DNA from: a virus
Virus record (IMG/VR): IMGVR_UViG_3300032304_001168
Reading direction: 5' to 3' (one strand)
Length of the DNA stretch: 64,000 bases
Shown: positions 55,720 through 64,000 of the stretch, one piece after another
How positions within the stretch are numbered: the first letter of the stretch is position 1
Layout: every line of letters starts with the position of its first letter
Translations under genes and position numbers: made by a program
The notes under the pieces: model-generated
What the model saw: only the letters and a program-made list of their open reading frames with translations
What the model was told of the DNA's origin: nothing
The model's database searches: none

Positions 55720-56703
55720 ATGGCATTTCTTACGGATAGAACTTTAGCAACTGGTGTAACGCCTAATGATTTGATTCATATTGTTGTAACTGGTGATACG
55801 TCTCAGAATCCAGCAGGTTCTTCATTCAAAGCAACAATGGGTCAAGTTTTGGATTTGATTAATCCAACAACGATAACTGGAGGTACTTATAATCCAATAA
55901 CTGGAGATATAACTTTTACCAATTCTTCTGGTGGTACTTTTGTTGTTACGGGACTTGTGACAGGTTATACAAATACCGCAGTAACTGCTTTTACTTATAA
56001 CAATTCAAATTCTTTTACAATATTTGAGAATGATGGTTCAACTTATAGTGCAAGTATTAATGTTGTTACTGGTTTAACTATTAATGGTGATTTAAATGTA
56101 ACTGGAACAACATCATCACAAACTATTTCAGCAACAACATATCAAAACTTACCTACAGATATAAGGGTGACTGGTGGAACTTACTCAAATGGTACTGCGA
56201 CTTTTACAAATAATACTGGAGGTACATTTAATATCACTGGATTCTTTACAAGTGCTAATGACATTAGAGTAACTGGCGCAACATATTCAAATAACACATT
56301 CACATATACAAATAATACAGGTGGAACTTTTAGTGTATTGTTTAACACGATGACTGGTTTAACTATTAATGGTGATTTAAATGTGACTGGAACTATTTTT
56401 TCTACTGGGTCAACCCAATTTATCAGTACTACGGGTATTACCATATCTGCGGTGACTATAAGTACGGGTACAACATACAATGGAATTAACTACGCTGGAA
56501 ATGTTGATTTAACAATACCTTCACCAAGTGGATTTACAGGTCTAAAAATCATAGTTAAAGATGAAAGTGGAAATGCTGGTACTTATAGAATAAGGTTAAC
56601 ACCATCAGTTGGAACAATAGATGGTAGCCCTTACGTTGATATGAACATAAACTATATGTCACTTACATTGGTGGCAAGAAATAATAATTGGTGGATAATA
56701 TAA
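55720..56703 (+). CDS. putative tail fiber-like protein with internal repeats
   Basis: repeats TGGTY..G..TFTN..GGTF and GLTINGDLNVTG; C-terminal KDESG...IDG...WWII. Confidence 0.65.
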   Translation: MAFLTDRTLATGVTPNDLIHIVVTGDTSQNPAGSSFKATMGQVLDLINPTTITGGTYNPITGDITFTNSSGGTFVVTGLVTGYTNTAVTAFTYNNSNSFTIFENDGSTYSASINVVTGLTINGDLNVTGTTSSQTISATTYQNLPTDIRVTGGTYSNGTATFTNNTGGTFNITGFFTSANDIRVTGATYSNNTFTYTNNTGGTFSVLFNTMTGLTINGDLNVTGTIFSTGSTQFISTTGITISAVTISTGTTYNGINYAGNVDLTIPSPSGFTGLKIIVKDESGNAGTYRIRLTPSVGTIDGSPYVDMNINYMSLTLVARNNNWWII

Positions 56704-56704
56704 T

Positions 56705-57928
56705 ATGGCATACATTTTTAACAACTCAATAAAATACTCAAATAGTCCAAACATAGATGCGTTTGGTAGGTTACGTGTTAGTAGTCCATTAACATTGTTT
56801 GACTCAAGTCATAGATACGCTGACAATGGACTATGGTCAACTAGTGCGTCTACAGGTGGTTCGGCAACATTTAATTCAAGTCAAGGTTTAGTAGACTTAG
56901 CTGTAACATCATCATCAGGTTCTCAAGTTATAAGAGAAACTATTAAGGTATTCGCATATCAACCAGGTAAAAGTTTACTTGTGTTAAGTACTTTTGTAAT
57001 GAGTCCCGCCAAGACTAATTTAAGACAAAGGGTCGGATATTACGGAGTAGAAAATGGTTTATATGTTCAACTAAATAATTCTACACTTAGCTTTGTTGAA
57101 AGAAGTTTAGTTACTGGAGTAGTTACTGAATCTGTAGTAAATCAATCATCATGGAATGTTGACACTATGGATGGTAGTGGTCCTTCTGGTATAGTATTAG
57201 ATATTACAAAAGCACAAATATTATTTATGGATATTGAGTGGCTAGGTCTTGGAACAGTTAGATTAGGTTTTGTTATAGATGGTAATTTTTATGTTTGTCA
57301 TAAATTTAATCATGCTAACTTAATAACTTCTACCTATATTACAACTGCTTCTTTACCACTTAGATATGAAATAACAAATACAGGTGCTACAAGTGGAACA
57401 AGTACATTAAAACAAATATGTTCTTCCGTAATATCAGAAGGTGGTTATGAATTAAGAGGTTTACAACAAGCTGTAGGTACACCAATAAATGCTCCTAGAA
57501 CATTAACAACAGCTAATACATATTATCCTATTGTTTCTATAAGACTTAAGTCTACAAGATTAGATGGTATAGCTGTAGCGACAGCTCTCTCTGCAATAGG
57601 CAACACAGCTGCTAATTTTAATTGGCAAGTTGTAGCAGCGGGTACAACAACAGGTGGTTCATGGGTTAGTGCAGGAACAAATTCTTGTATAGAGTATAAT
57701 ATAACAGGAACATCTTTTACAGGAGGTAGAATTATAGCATCAGGTTATTTTACAGCTACATCAAGTACAAGTGTATCTGTAGATATATTAAGAGCTGCAT
57801 TATTATCCACTCAATTAGAAAGAGATGGTTTAACGTCAACACCTTATGAATTTACATTAACTTTAGCATCAGGTACAAATAATGAAAGTGTATTTGGTTC
57901 AATGGACTGGGAGGAAATAAGTAGATAA
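56705..57928 (+). CDS. putative virion structural protein (beta-rich)
   Basis: DAFGRLRVS.P.TLFDS, YQPGK, EWLG.G motifs of a jumbo-phage family. Confidence 0.6.
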   Translation: MAYIFNNSIKYSNSPNIDAFGRLRVSSPLTLFDSSHRYADNGLWSTSASTGGSATFNSSQGLVDLAVTSSSGSQVIRETIKVFAYQPGKSLLVLSTFVMSPAKTNLRQRVGYYGVENGLYVQLNNSTLSFVERSLVTGVVTESVVNQSSWNVDTMDGSGPSGIVLDITKAQILFMDIEWLGLGTVRLGFVIDGNFYVCHKFNHANLITSTYITTASLPLRYEITNTGATSGTSTLKQICSSVISEGGYELRGLQQAVGTPINAPRTLTTANTYYPIVSIRLKSTRLDGIAVATALSAIGNTAANFNWQVVAAGTTTGGSWVSAGTNSCIEYNITGTSFTGGRIIASGYFTATSSTSVSVDILRAALLSTQLERDGLTSTPYEFTLTLASGTNNESVFGSMDWEEISR

Positions 57929-58051
57929 AAAACTTATATAAAATGTAAAGTTTTTATTTATAGGTAACCCCCTCCAACTTTTAATAGAACTACAGATATT
58001 CTATATTATTTATATAGTCAAATTATTATCTATATTTTTCATAAAAACTTT

Positions 58052-59032
58052 ATGGATAATAATTTGATATTTGTTTCTGCACATCCTGACATACCTTATT
58101 TTCATTGGCAAACAAAAGTATATACGAACAACTTTATTGAAAAAGGAATAAAACCTAAAAATATTCACGTTTTGTTTGTAATGGTTAATGGTAATACCAA
58201 CCCAACTGAGGAATCATTGAAATTAAAAGAATTGGGAATAAATGTTCATCATTATTTGGATGATAGAAAAGATAAAAAATATATCCCAAGTTTAAGGCCA
58301 ATGGCATTATCTAGATGGTTAAAAGAATATCAAGAATTAGGAAAATGTTATTTTTATCACGATTCAGATATTATTTTTAGAGAACTACCAAATTTTGATA
58401 AATTATTAAATGATGATATTGTTTATTTATCAGACACCTTAAGTTACATAAGTTATGATTATATTCTAGGATGTAATAATAGATATGAAACTCATCATCC
58501 AAAATTAGAAAAAGGTTATTTACTTAAATTAATGACAAATATTGTAGATATTTCAATTGATGTTGTTAAGGAAAATAATAAAAATTCAGGTGGTGCTCAA
58601 TATCTAATAAAAAACACCGATTACACATTTTGGGAAAAAGTTTTTGATGATTGTGAAATGTTATATCGTAAACTTTTTGATTTTAATGTAAGACATAGAA
58701 TACCATCAGGTGAACTTCAGATATGGACTGCAGATATGTGGGCAGTTTTATGGAATCTTTGGAGAACTAATCATAAAACAAAAATCGTAAATGATTTAAG
58801 CTTTTCTTGGGCAACTGACACTATTTTAACCTATGAGAAACATCCCATATTACATATGGCTGGTGTTACTGAAGATTTAAAATCAACAAAGTTCTACAAA
58901 GGTGAATTTATTAATGTTGACCCATTAATTAAATTAAAGGAAAATATTAATTATTTTGATTATATAGAAAAAAATAGTTCAACTATAAAATATGTAGAAC
59001 AAATGAAAAAAGTTATAAAAAATGAACAATAA
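58052..59032 (+). CDS. GT-A glycosyltransferase-like protein
   Basis: WQ...Y.PS.RP...WL...HDSDIIF (DxD), GGAQY, WTADMW, H.AG. Confidence 0.6.
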   Translation: MDNNLIFVSAHPDIPYFHWQTKVYTNNFIEKGIKPKNIHVLFVMVNGNTNPTEESLKLKELGINVHHYLDDRKDKKYIPSLRPMALSRWLKEYQELGKCYFYHDSDIIFRELPNFDKLLNDDIVYLSDTLSYISYDYILGCNNRYETHHPKLEKGYLLKLMTNIVDISIDVVKENNKNSGGAQYLIKNTDYTFWEKVFDDCEMLYRKLFDFNVRHRIPSGELQIWTADMWAVLWNLWRTNHKTKIVNDLSFSWATDTILTYEKHPILHMAGVTEDLKSTKFYKGEFINVDPLIKLKENINYFDYIEKNSSTIKYVEQMKKVIKNEQ

Positions 59033-59056
59033 ATCTATTTATAGAAAATTAATTTT

Positions 59057-59758
59057 ATGTCATATTTGAACCCTGGTTATTTACCTGTTAATAGTTGTAG
59101 TGTTTTTACTGTCGCACCAATGATAGTAAAATGTAATGTTACTAATGTTACTGGTAAAGAAGGTTCTGCTAATGGTTCTATAACTTTAGGGATAACTGGA
59201 GGTACAACACCATATACTATAACTTGGACTTATCCAAATGGTGTAACACTACAAGGTTCTCAAACTATTGATAATTTATCCGTTGGAACTTATATCGCGT
59301 CAGTTACTGACTATTATGGTGATTTTATGGTAACTACTAGTTGTACTGTTGGCGCACCTACAACAACAACTACCACTTCAACCACGACATCACCACCACC
59401 ATATACTGAATATAGTTTTTGTTATACTATTTTTATAAAGGATATTAAAGGTAATATTTTAGATGTAATTCAATTTAATTTTATACCAAATACATATATA
59501 AATGGTTATCCTAGTTGGATTTCTGACCCTGGTAATCAAGAAATAATATACTATGAACCAACAATACCAAATAATGGTGGTTGGTCTTTATCTGGTTCAC
59601 CTTCAAGTATTATAACGAGTAATAATATTGTCTCTTTTAATTCTGAACCCTCATACCCACCTATTGCAGGTATAAACCCCAACTTCACTGCTTGGACTGT
59701 ACTTATAGCTGGAAATCCAAATAGTTCAGTAACGGCTTCAGAAGGTTTATGTTTTTAA
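59057..59758 (+). CDS. SprB-repeat-containing putative virion protein
   Basis: NGSITLGITGGTTPYTITW...NLSVGTYIASVTD; poly-Thr. Confidence 0.6.
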   Translation: MSYLNPGYLPVNSCSVFTVAPMIVKCNVTNVTGKEGSANGSITLGITGGTTPYTITWTYPNGVTLQGSQTIDNLSVGTYIASVTDYYGDFMVTTSCTVGAPTTTTTTSTTTSPPPYTEYSFCYTIFIKDIKGNILDVIQFNFIPNTYINGYPSWISDPGNQEIIYYEPTIPNNGGWSLSGSPSSIITSNNIVSFNSEPSYPPIAGINPNFTAWTVLIAGNPNSSVTASEGLCF

Positions 59759-59761
59759 CAT

Positions 59762-60487
59762 ATGGCATTATTTTCATCAATTAATACAAATCAAGGTATA
59801 TGTGGATGTGATGGTTCTTTATCCATTACAGCACAAAATGGTGTACCTCCATATTCATATTCAATAGATGCTGGAGTTTCTTTTAGAAATACACCTCTAT
59901 TTACCAATTTATGTACTGGTGCTTACACGGTAGTCGTTAAAGATTCTTTATCCGCTGTTAGTACTAATACAATAGTAATTAACAAACCAAATGAACCTAT
60001 AACATATAGTATTTTTTTAAATACAACAACATCAATATTACAAAATAATGGTATAAGTATAACAAAAAAATATGAAACAAGTTTTGTTGTCACACCACCA
60101 TTACCTATTGGTACTTATATCACATTTGATATTAATCATACAAATGTTAGTAAAGTTTCACCAACATATTCAGCGTCAACAACTACAACAAATTCTCAAC
60201 TTGTAATTGATTCAATTGTTATTTCACCAACTCTAACTGGATTAACAACTGGTTCAACATATAATTCAATACCAGGTTGTCAATCAAATACCTTGTATGT
60301 TGACACAATTACCGATTCTTGGAATACTTTAACCTTAAGTGGTACAACAGATTTTTTACTTACAACAACAACATCATTAGTTAAAAATGTGGATGTGGAT
60401 TGTTATTACTCAACAAATGAAGATTTTTATTCTCTGAGTAATCTTAATATTTTTGGGTGTAGTTGTTGTAAAGTTTCAACTACATAA
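59762..60487 (+). CDS. SprB-repeat-containing putative virion protein
   Basis: CDGSLSITAQNGVPPYSYSID...FTNLCTGAYTVVVKD. Confidence 0.6.
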   Translation: MALFSSINTNQGICGCDGSLSITAQNGVPPYSYSIDAGVSFRNTPLFTNLCTGAYTVVVKDSLSAVSTNTIVINKPNEPITYSIFLNTTTSILQNNGISITKKYETSFVVTPPLPIGTYITFDINHTNVSKVSPTYSASTTTTNSQLVIDSIVISPTLTGLTTGSTYNSIPGCQSNTLYVDTITDSWNTLTLSGTTDFLLTTTTSLVKNVDVDCYYSTNEDFYSLSNLNIFGCSCCKVSTT

Positions 60488-60511
60488 TTTAAAACATTAT
60501 ATTTATATTTT

Positions 60512-63500
60512 ATGGGATACATTTTAAAAAATACATCAGGTTTAATAAATACGAGAATCACCGACACAGGTAGATTGAAAATCTCACAAGGTAATTTTAA
60601 TATTTCTTATTTCCAACTTGGAGATAGTGAAGTTTCATATAATGCGTTACCACAATCAACTTACAATCAATTTAATAATTTCATACTTGAACCTAGTTTT
60701 AATGCTCAAAACTCAGCAGGTGTTCCACAATCAAATAAAGAAAACATAAAATATCCATATTACGTGGATGGTAGTGATGGGAACACTTATGGTATTCCAT
60801 TTATGTCTTCTATTGTTGAACCCGTGTATAATAGAGCAACACCAAGAGGATTTTTTACAGGTATATCAGTTGATGATGTCTTTAATTGGAGTGCTAAAAC
60901 AAATAATACTCACGTTATTAATTCTAACTATGTTGTGGATATGAGTACATTACTAGGTACTAATACTATTGTAGTTACTGACAATTCTTGTAACGATAAT
61001 CCAATAAGAGGTATACAAGCTGGAGATATTATAACAATATACTACGATGGGAATGGATTGAATGATTGTCAATGTACTACGGCCACAACAACAACAACTA
61101 GTACTTCGACTACTACTACAACAACAAACCCATGTGTCACACCAATTCCAACAACTACAACTACAACAACTACTTGTTCGTTTATAAATCCTTGTTGTCC
61201 ACCACCAGTAGTTGATTGTTTAGTAAATGTATCATCTTGTTATTCAATTCTTACATATAGAGTAATAGCTGCTTGTAATAATACTTTAACTTTGGATAGA
61301 CCTGTTCCAGATTTTTCATACTTGTATTCTAGTTGTTTTGCAAGAGTTTTAGTTTATCCCCCAATTATTACTGAAATTTATGATAGTATAACACCAAGTA
61401 ATCATTGGTCGAATAACGTTATTAATTATGAATCAGTTTGTTCTACGGATGAATTTGATGTGAAAATATGGAATATGAATATTCCTTGGTCTGAAACACC
61501 AGCAGGTATTGATTCAAATGTTTATAAGGATTATACTAAATTCGGTTCAATTAATTATTTAGGTTCTAAAGAATATTTTGGTTACGCCTCAAGTAGTGGA
61601 CAAACTGATACAAGTTCAGTTTACTATTATAATTCATTTGATGAAAAAATAATAGTTAAACCTGAAGAACAAAAAACCATTGCAATAGTTCATTATACAA
61701 ATCAAACTATTGATTTATTTTATGGTGAAAAATTCGCATTAGAACCTTTTGATGAAACTGCTGAAGATACCACAGGACAAGCAAGAAATTTTAGAATTGA
61801 TTTACCTTGGTTAATGTGGCATAAAAATCCAAATTGTTGTAATGGTCAATCATTCTATATTGACCCTCCAGGATTTGATGATTTGAATCTATATACTATT
61901 CATTATTTAGAGTCAACCAAAAACTCGGATATGAATACCCCAGGTATTCGTTATTATCACTTGTGGGACACTAATCCAAATTTGGATGGTTATCCTAGTA
62001 GAGTTGGTAAAGTGTTCCCAGATAGTAAAATAATTATCTTTGATGATGAAGAAATCATTGCCGCTATGTCTTATAAGTCTAATAGGAATTGGACTTTGCC
62101 AGCACCAAAAGTTTCGTTGATAACACCTAATATATGTGGGTTAGATAATAATTCAGTCGAGGGTATTTTAACGGGTAATAGTGAATATCTTTATGTGACT
62201 TATAGATTATCGAATAATTTTGGATTTACAAATTCATTACATTGTAATTACTGCCAAAGTATTCAAGGACCAAATGTTTCTTGCAATCCTATTACATCTC
62301 AAAATGTTAGTGTGAGATTTGGTGATGAATTTTTATGTTTATCGACCGCTAATACATCGATTACCCCTTGTTGGTATTCTGGTTTCACATTTTGGGGTTT
62401 ACCACAACCAGAAACATCCCCTAATACTTATATCGCCTACCCATTTATTAACACAGAGCAAAATTTGAATGGTTATCCAATATTTAGAAGTCTTGTTGAT
62501 GAGGGTGCAATTTATAATATTTTTTATGATGGTAATGATTGGATTTTTAGAAACAACAATTATAGTGAGGATGAAATAATTAATTTCACGAATGGTGGAT
62601 TAATAGGTGACTTCACAATTGATTTTGAAGGAGGTATAACAGGTTATACTCAATGTAATTACAATCCTTTATTGTGTGTTACTTCGTGTGTTGAAAACGA
62701 ATCTTGTGTAATATCAACATACACCAATACTTTGAGTGGGTCAACAAACCTATATTTATCAAATTTTGATGTAACTAGTAGGTTGGTTTATTATAATTCT
62801 ACTTGGGAGATTTACTCAGCGGATACAAGAATTGCTATTTTAACAGGATTAACAAATAACGATATACCAATAGGTACATGGATTCCTGATGTTGTTCCTT
62901 TAACTGGTTTAACAACAAGTTTATTTGAAAGTTGTGGAAGTATTACTTGTAGTAGTTACTCAGCAAGTACTACGGCAAATAGTACAACAATTAAAGTTGT
63001 TGATTGTAGTTTTATTATTTCAGATGAAACAATTATAGTTTCAGGAATTACATATAGTGGTTGTGCAATAACTTTGGATGGTTCTTTAGACTCTGCAATT
63101 GTTCAAGTCTCAGGGGAAACTACGTATGGAAGTTACACTGGAACTTGTCCAACATATTCAGCCGTTACCGCAAGTACTATTTGTTCCGGGTTATGTAATG
63201 TAAATAATGGATTTATTGCTAATAAGTTTGAAATAATTTGTCAAAAAGTGGATGACACCGGAAGACCTATTTCTGATGAATGGAAAATCATTGATTTTAC
63301 AGACCAATTAAGTGGTTCAACAATAAATGGTTTCTTAACCCAATCAGGATTAACTGGTAACACTTTTGTAATTACTCAAGATTTATATGATAATGCCGAT
63401 ATATACGATTTAAATGATTATATTGATTTAACACCTATTGGTTTTACTGGTCATCAATTGAATTTTGGGGATGAATATTACTTCTATGGTAATGTTGAAA

Positions 63501-63721
63501 CTGATATTCAAGCAACAATATATGAAATGGTATATAAAATAAATTTGAGTAGTGTTGAATTTCAAACACCATCAAATCCAACTTGGTCTTCAAGTAATAG
63601 TCGTTATATCACTGAAATTGGTCTTTACGATTCTGATAAAAATCTTATGATTGTATCAAAAATGCAGTCACCCATATTAAGACAAGGTATTCAGCAATTT
63701 TTGATTAAATTAGATATATGA
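60512..63721 (+). CDS. large tail/baseplate-associated structural protein
   Basis: N-terminal ITDTGR..I..G.F.ISYFQLGDSEVSY and C-terminal YITEIGLYD....M..SK...PI; poly-Thr/Cys inserts. Confidence 0.65.
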   Translation: MGYILKNTSGLINTRITDTGRLKISQGNFNISYFQLGDSEVSYNALPQSTYNQFNNFILEPSFNAQNSAGVPQSNKENIKYPYYVDGSDGNTYGIPFMSSIVEPVYNRATPRGFFTGISVDDVFNWSAKTNNTHVINSNYVVDMSTLLGTNTIVVTDNSCNDNPIRGIQAGDIITIYYDGNGLNDCQCTTATTTTTSTSTTTTTTNPCVTPIPTTTTTTTTCSFINPCCPPPVVDCLVNVSSCYSILTYRVIAACNNTLTLDRPVPDFSYLYSSCFARVLVYPPIITEIYDSITPSNHWSNNVINYESVCSTDEFDVKIWNMNIPWSETPAGIDSNVYKDYTKFGSINYLGSKEYFGYASSSGQTDTSSVYYYNSFDEKIIVKPEEQKTIAIVHYTNQTIDLFYGEKFALEPFDETAEDTTGQARNFRIDLPWLMWHKNPNCCNGQSFYIDPPGFDDLNLYTIHYLESTKNSDMNTPGIRYYHLWDTNPNLDGYPSRVGKVFPDSKIIIFDDEEIIAAMSYKSNRNWTLPAPKVSLITPNICGLDNNSVEGILTGNSEYLYVTYRLSNNFGFTNSLHCNYCQSIQGPNVSCNPITSQNVSVRFGDEFLCLSTANTSITPCWYSGFTFWGLPQPETSPNTYIAYPFINTEQNLNGYPIFRSLVDEGAIYNIFYDGNDWIFRNNNYSEDEIINFTNGGLIGDFTIDFEGGITGYTQCNYNPLLCVTSCVENESCVISTYTNTLSGSTNLYLSNFDVTSRLVYYNSTWEIYSADTRIAILTGLTNNDIPIGTWIPDVVPLTGLTTSLFESCGSITCSSYSASTTANSTTIKVVDCSFIISDETIIVSGITYSGCAITLDGSLDSAIVQVSGETTYGSYTGTCPTYSAVTASTICSGLCNVNNGFIANKFEIICQKVDDTGRPISDEWKIIDFTDQLSGSTINGFLTQSGLTGNTFVITQDLYDNADIYDLNDYIDLTPIGFTGHQLNFGDEYYFYGNVETDIQATIYEMVYKINLSSVEFQTPSNPTWSSSNSRYITEIGLYDSDKNLMIVSKMQSPILRQGIQQFLIKLDI

Positions 63722-63725
63722 CAAT

Positions 63726-64000
63726 ATGAATAAAGATATTAAAGAAACACCGAAAGTACTTGGTCTAGATGTATCAACTAGTACAATAGGTTGGGCACTT
63801 TTTGATTTAGATTCCAAAGAATTATTAGAATTAACACATATTTCACCAAGAACAAAACCAAAAGAAGAAAACAAAATAAAGGAACTCATTCTTAAAAGTG
63901 AAATTTTTAAAATAAAATTAAAAGATTACTCAAGTTTTAATATCACAAAAGTTATAATTGAAGAGCCATTGTTAAATAGTAATAATGTTTATACTGTACA
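63726..64000 (+). CDS. RuvC-like Holliday junction resolvase (3' partial)
   Basis: VLGLDVSTSTIGWA...VIIEEP RNase H-fold motifs. Confidence 0.75.
   Translation, partial: MNKDIKETPKVLGLDVSTSTIGWALFDLDSKELLELTHISPRTKPKEENKIKELILKSEIFKIKLKDYSSFNITKVIIEEPLLNSNNVYTV

Noticed and set aside
618-56480. Numerous opposite-strand ORFs in the track (e.g. 618-863, 13399-13716, 16752-17093, 18149-18700, 44719-45111, 48789-49142, 56181-56480)
   Set aside because: They are shadows of well-supported genes on the other strand, with Ser/Phe/Ile-rich composition and no recognisable motifs.
1-64000. tRNA or rRNA genes
   Set aside because: No cloverleaf or rRNA-like GC-rich segment was recognised by eye; a tRNAscan-SE or Infernal run would be needed to exclude them fully.

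Overview
This is a strongly AT-rich, gene-dense fragment of a large (jumbo-type) dsDNA phage. It most likely infects Bacteroidota, based on TTTG-N19/20-TAnnTTTG promoters, a SigA-like sigma factor, an Hc1-like protein and SprB-like repeats. The standard genetic code fits. Positions ~1-53 kb are mostly minus-strand accessory and replication genes: 7 DNA methyltransferases, NUDIX, thioredoxin, glutaredoxin, DnaJ, sigma70, SbcC, a split SbcD, ThyA, an exonuclease, a primase and homing endonucleases. Positions 53-64 kb are plus-strand Thr/Pro/Cys-rich virion-type genes, a glycosyltransferase and a partial RuvC. The main discovery is a phage-encoded integron-like gene-cassette system. It has one tyrosine recombinase (287-1087) that lacks the IntI-specific insertion, three attI-like sites with identical spacing (1121, 34567, 47195) and ten attC-like hairpins (TAAC-2nt-stem-loop-stem-5nt-GTTA) in three arrays. 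Each cassette has its own terminal inverted repeats, and the cassette ORFs run antisense to the canonical orientation. Some attC loops contain a complete host-type promoter or the 5' end of the cassette ORF. Some cargo carries phage late-gene signatures. Other notable features are a CTT-TGA-CTA possible stop-hop inside a DHH phosphoesterase and an sbcD gene split by a free-standing endonuclease. All annotations come from motif recognition by eye; no searches were run.
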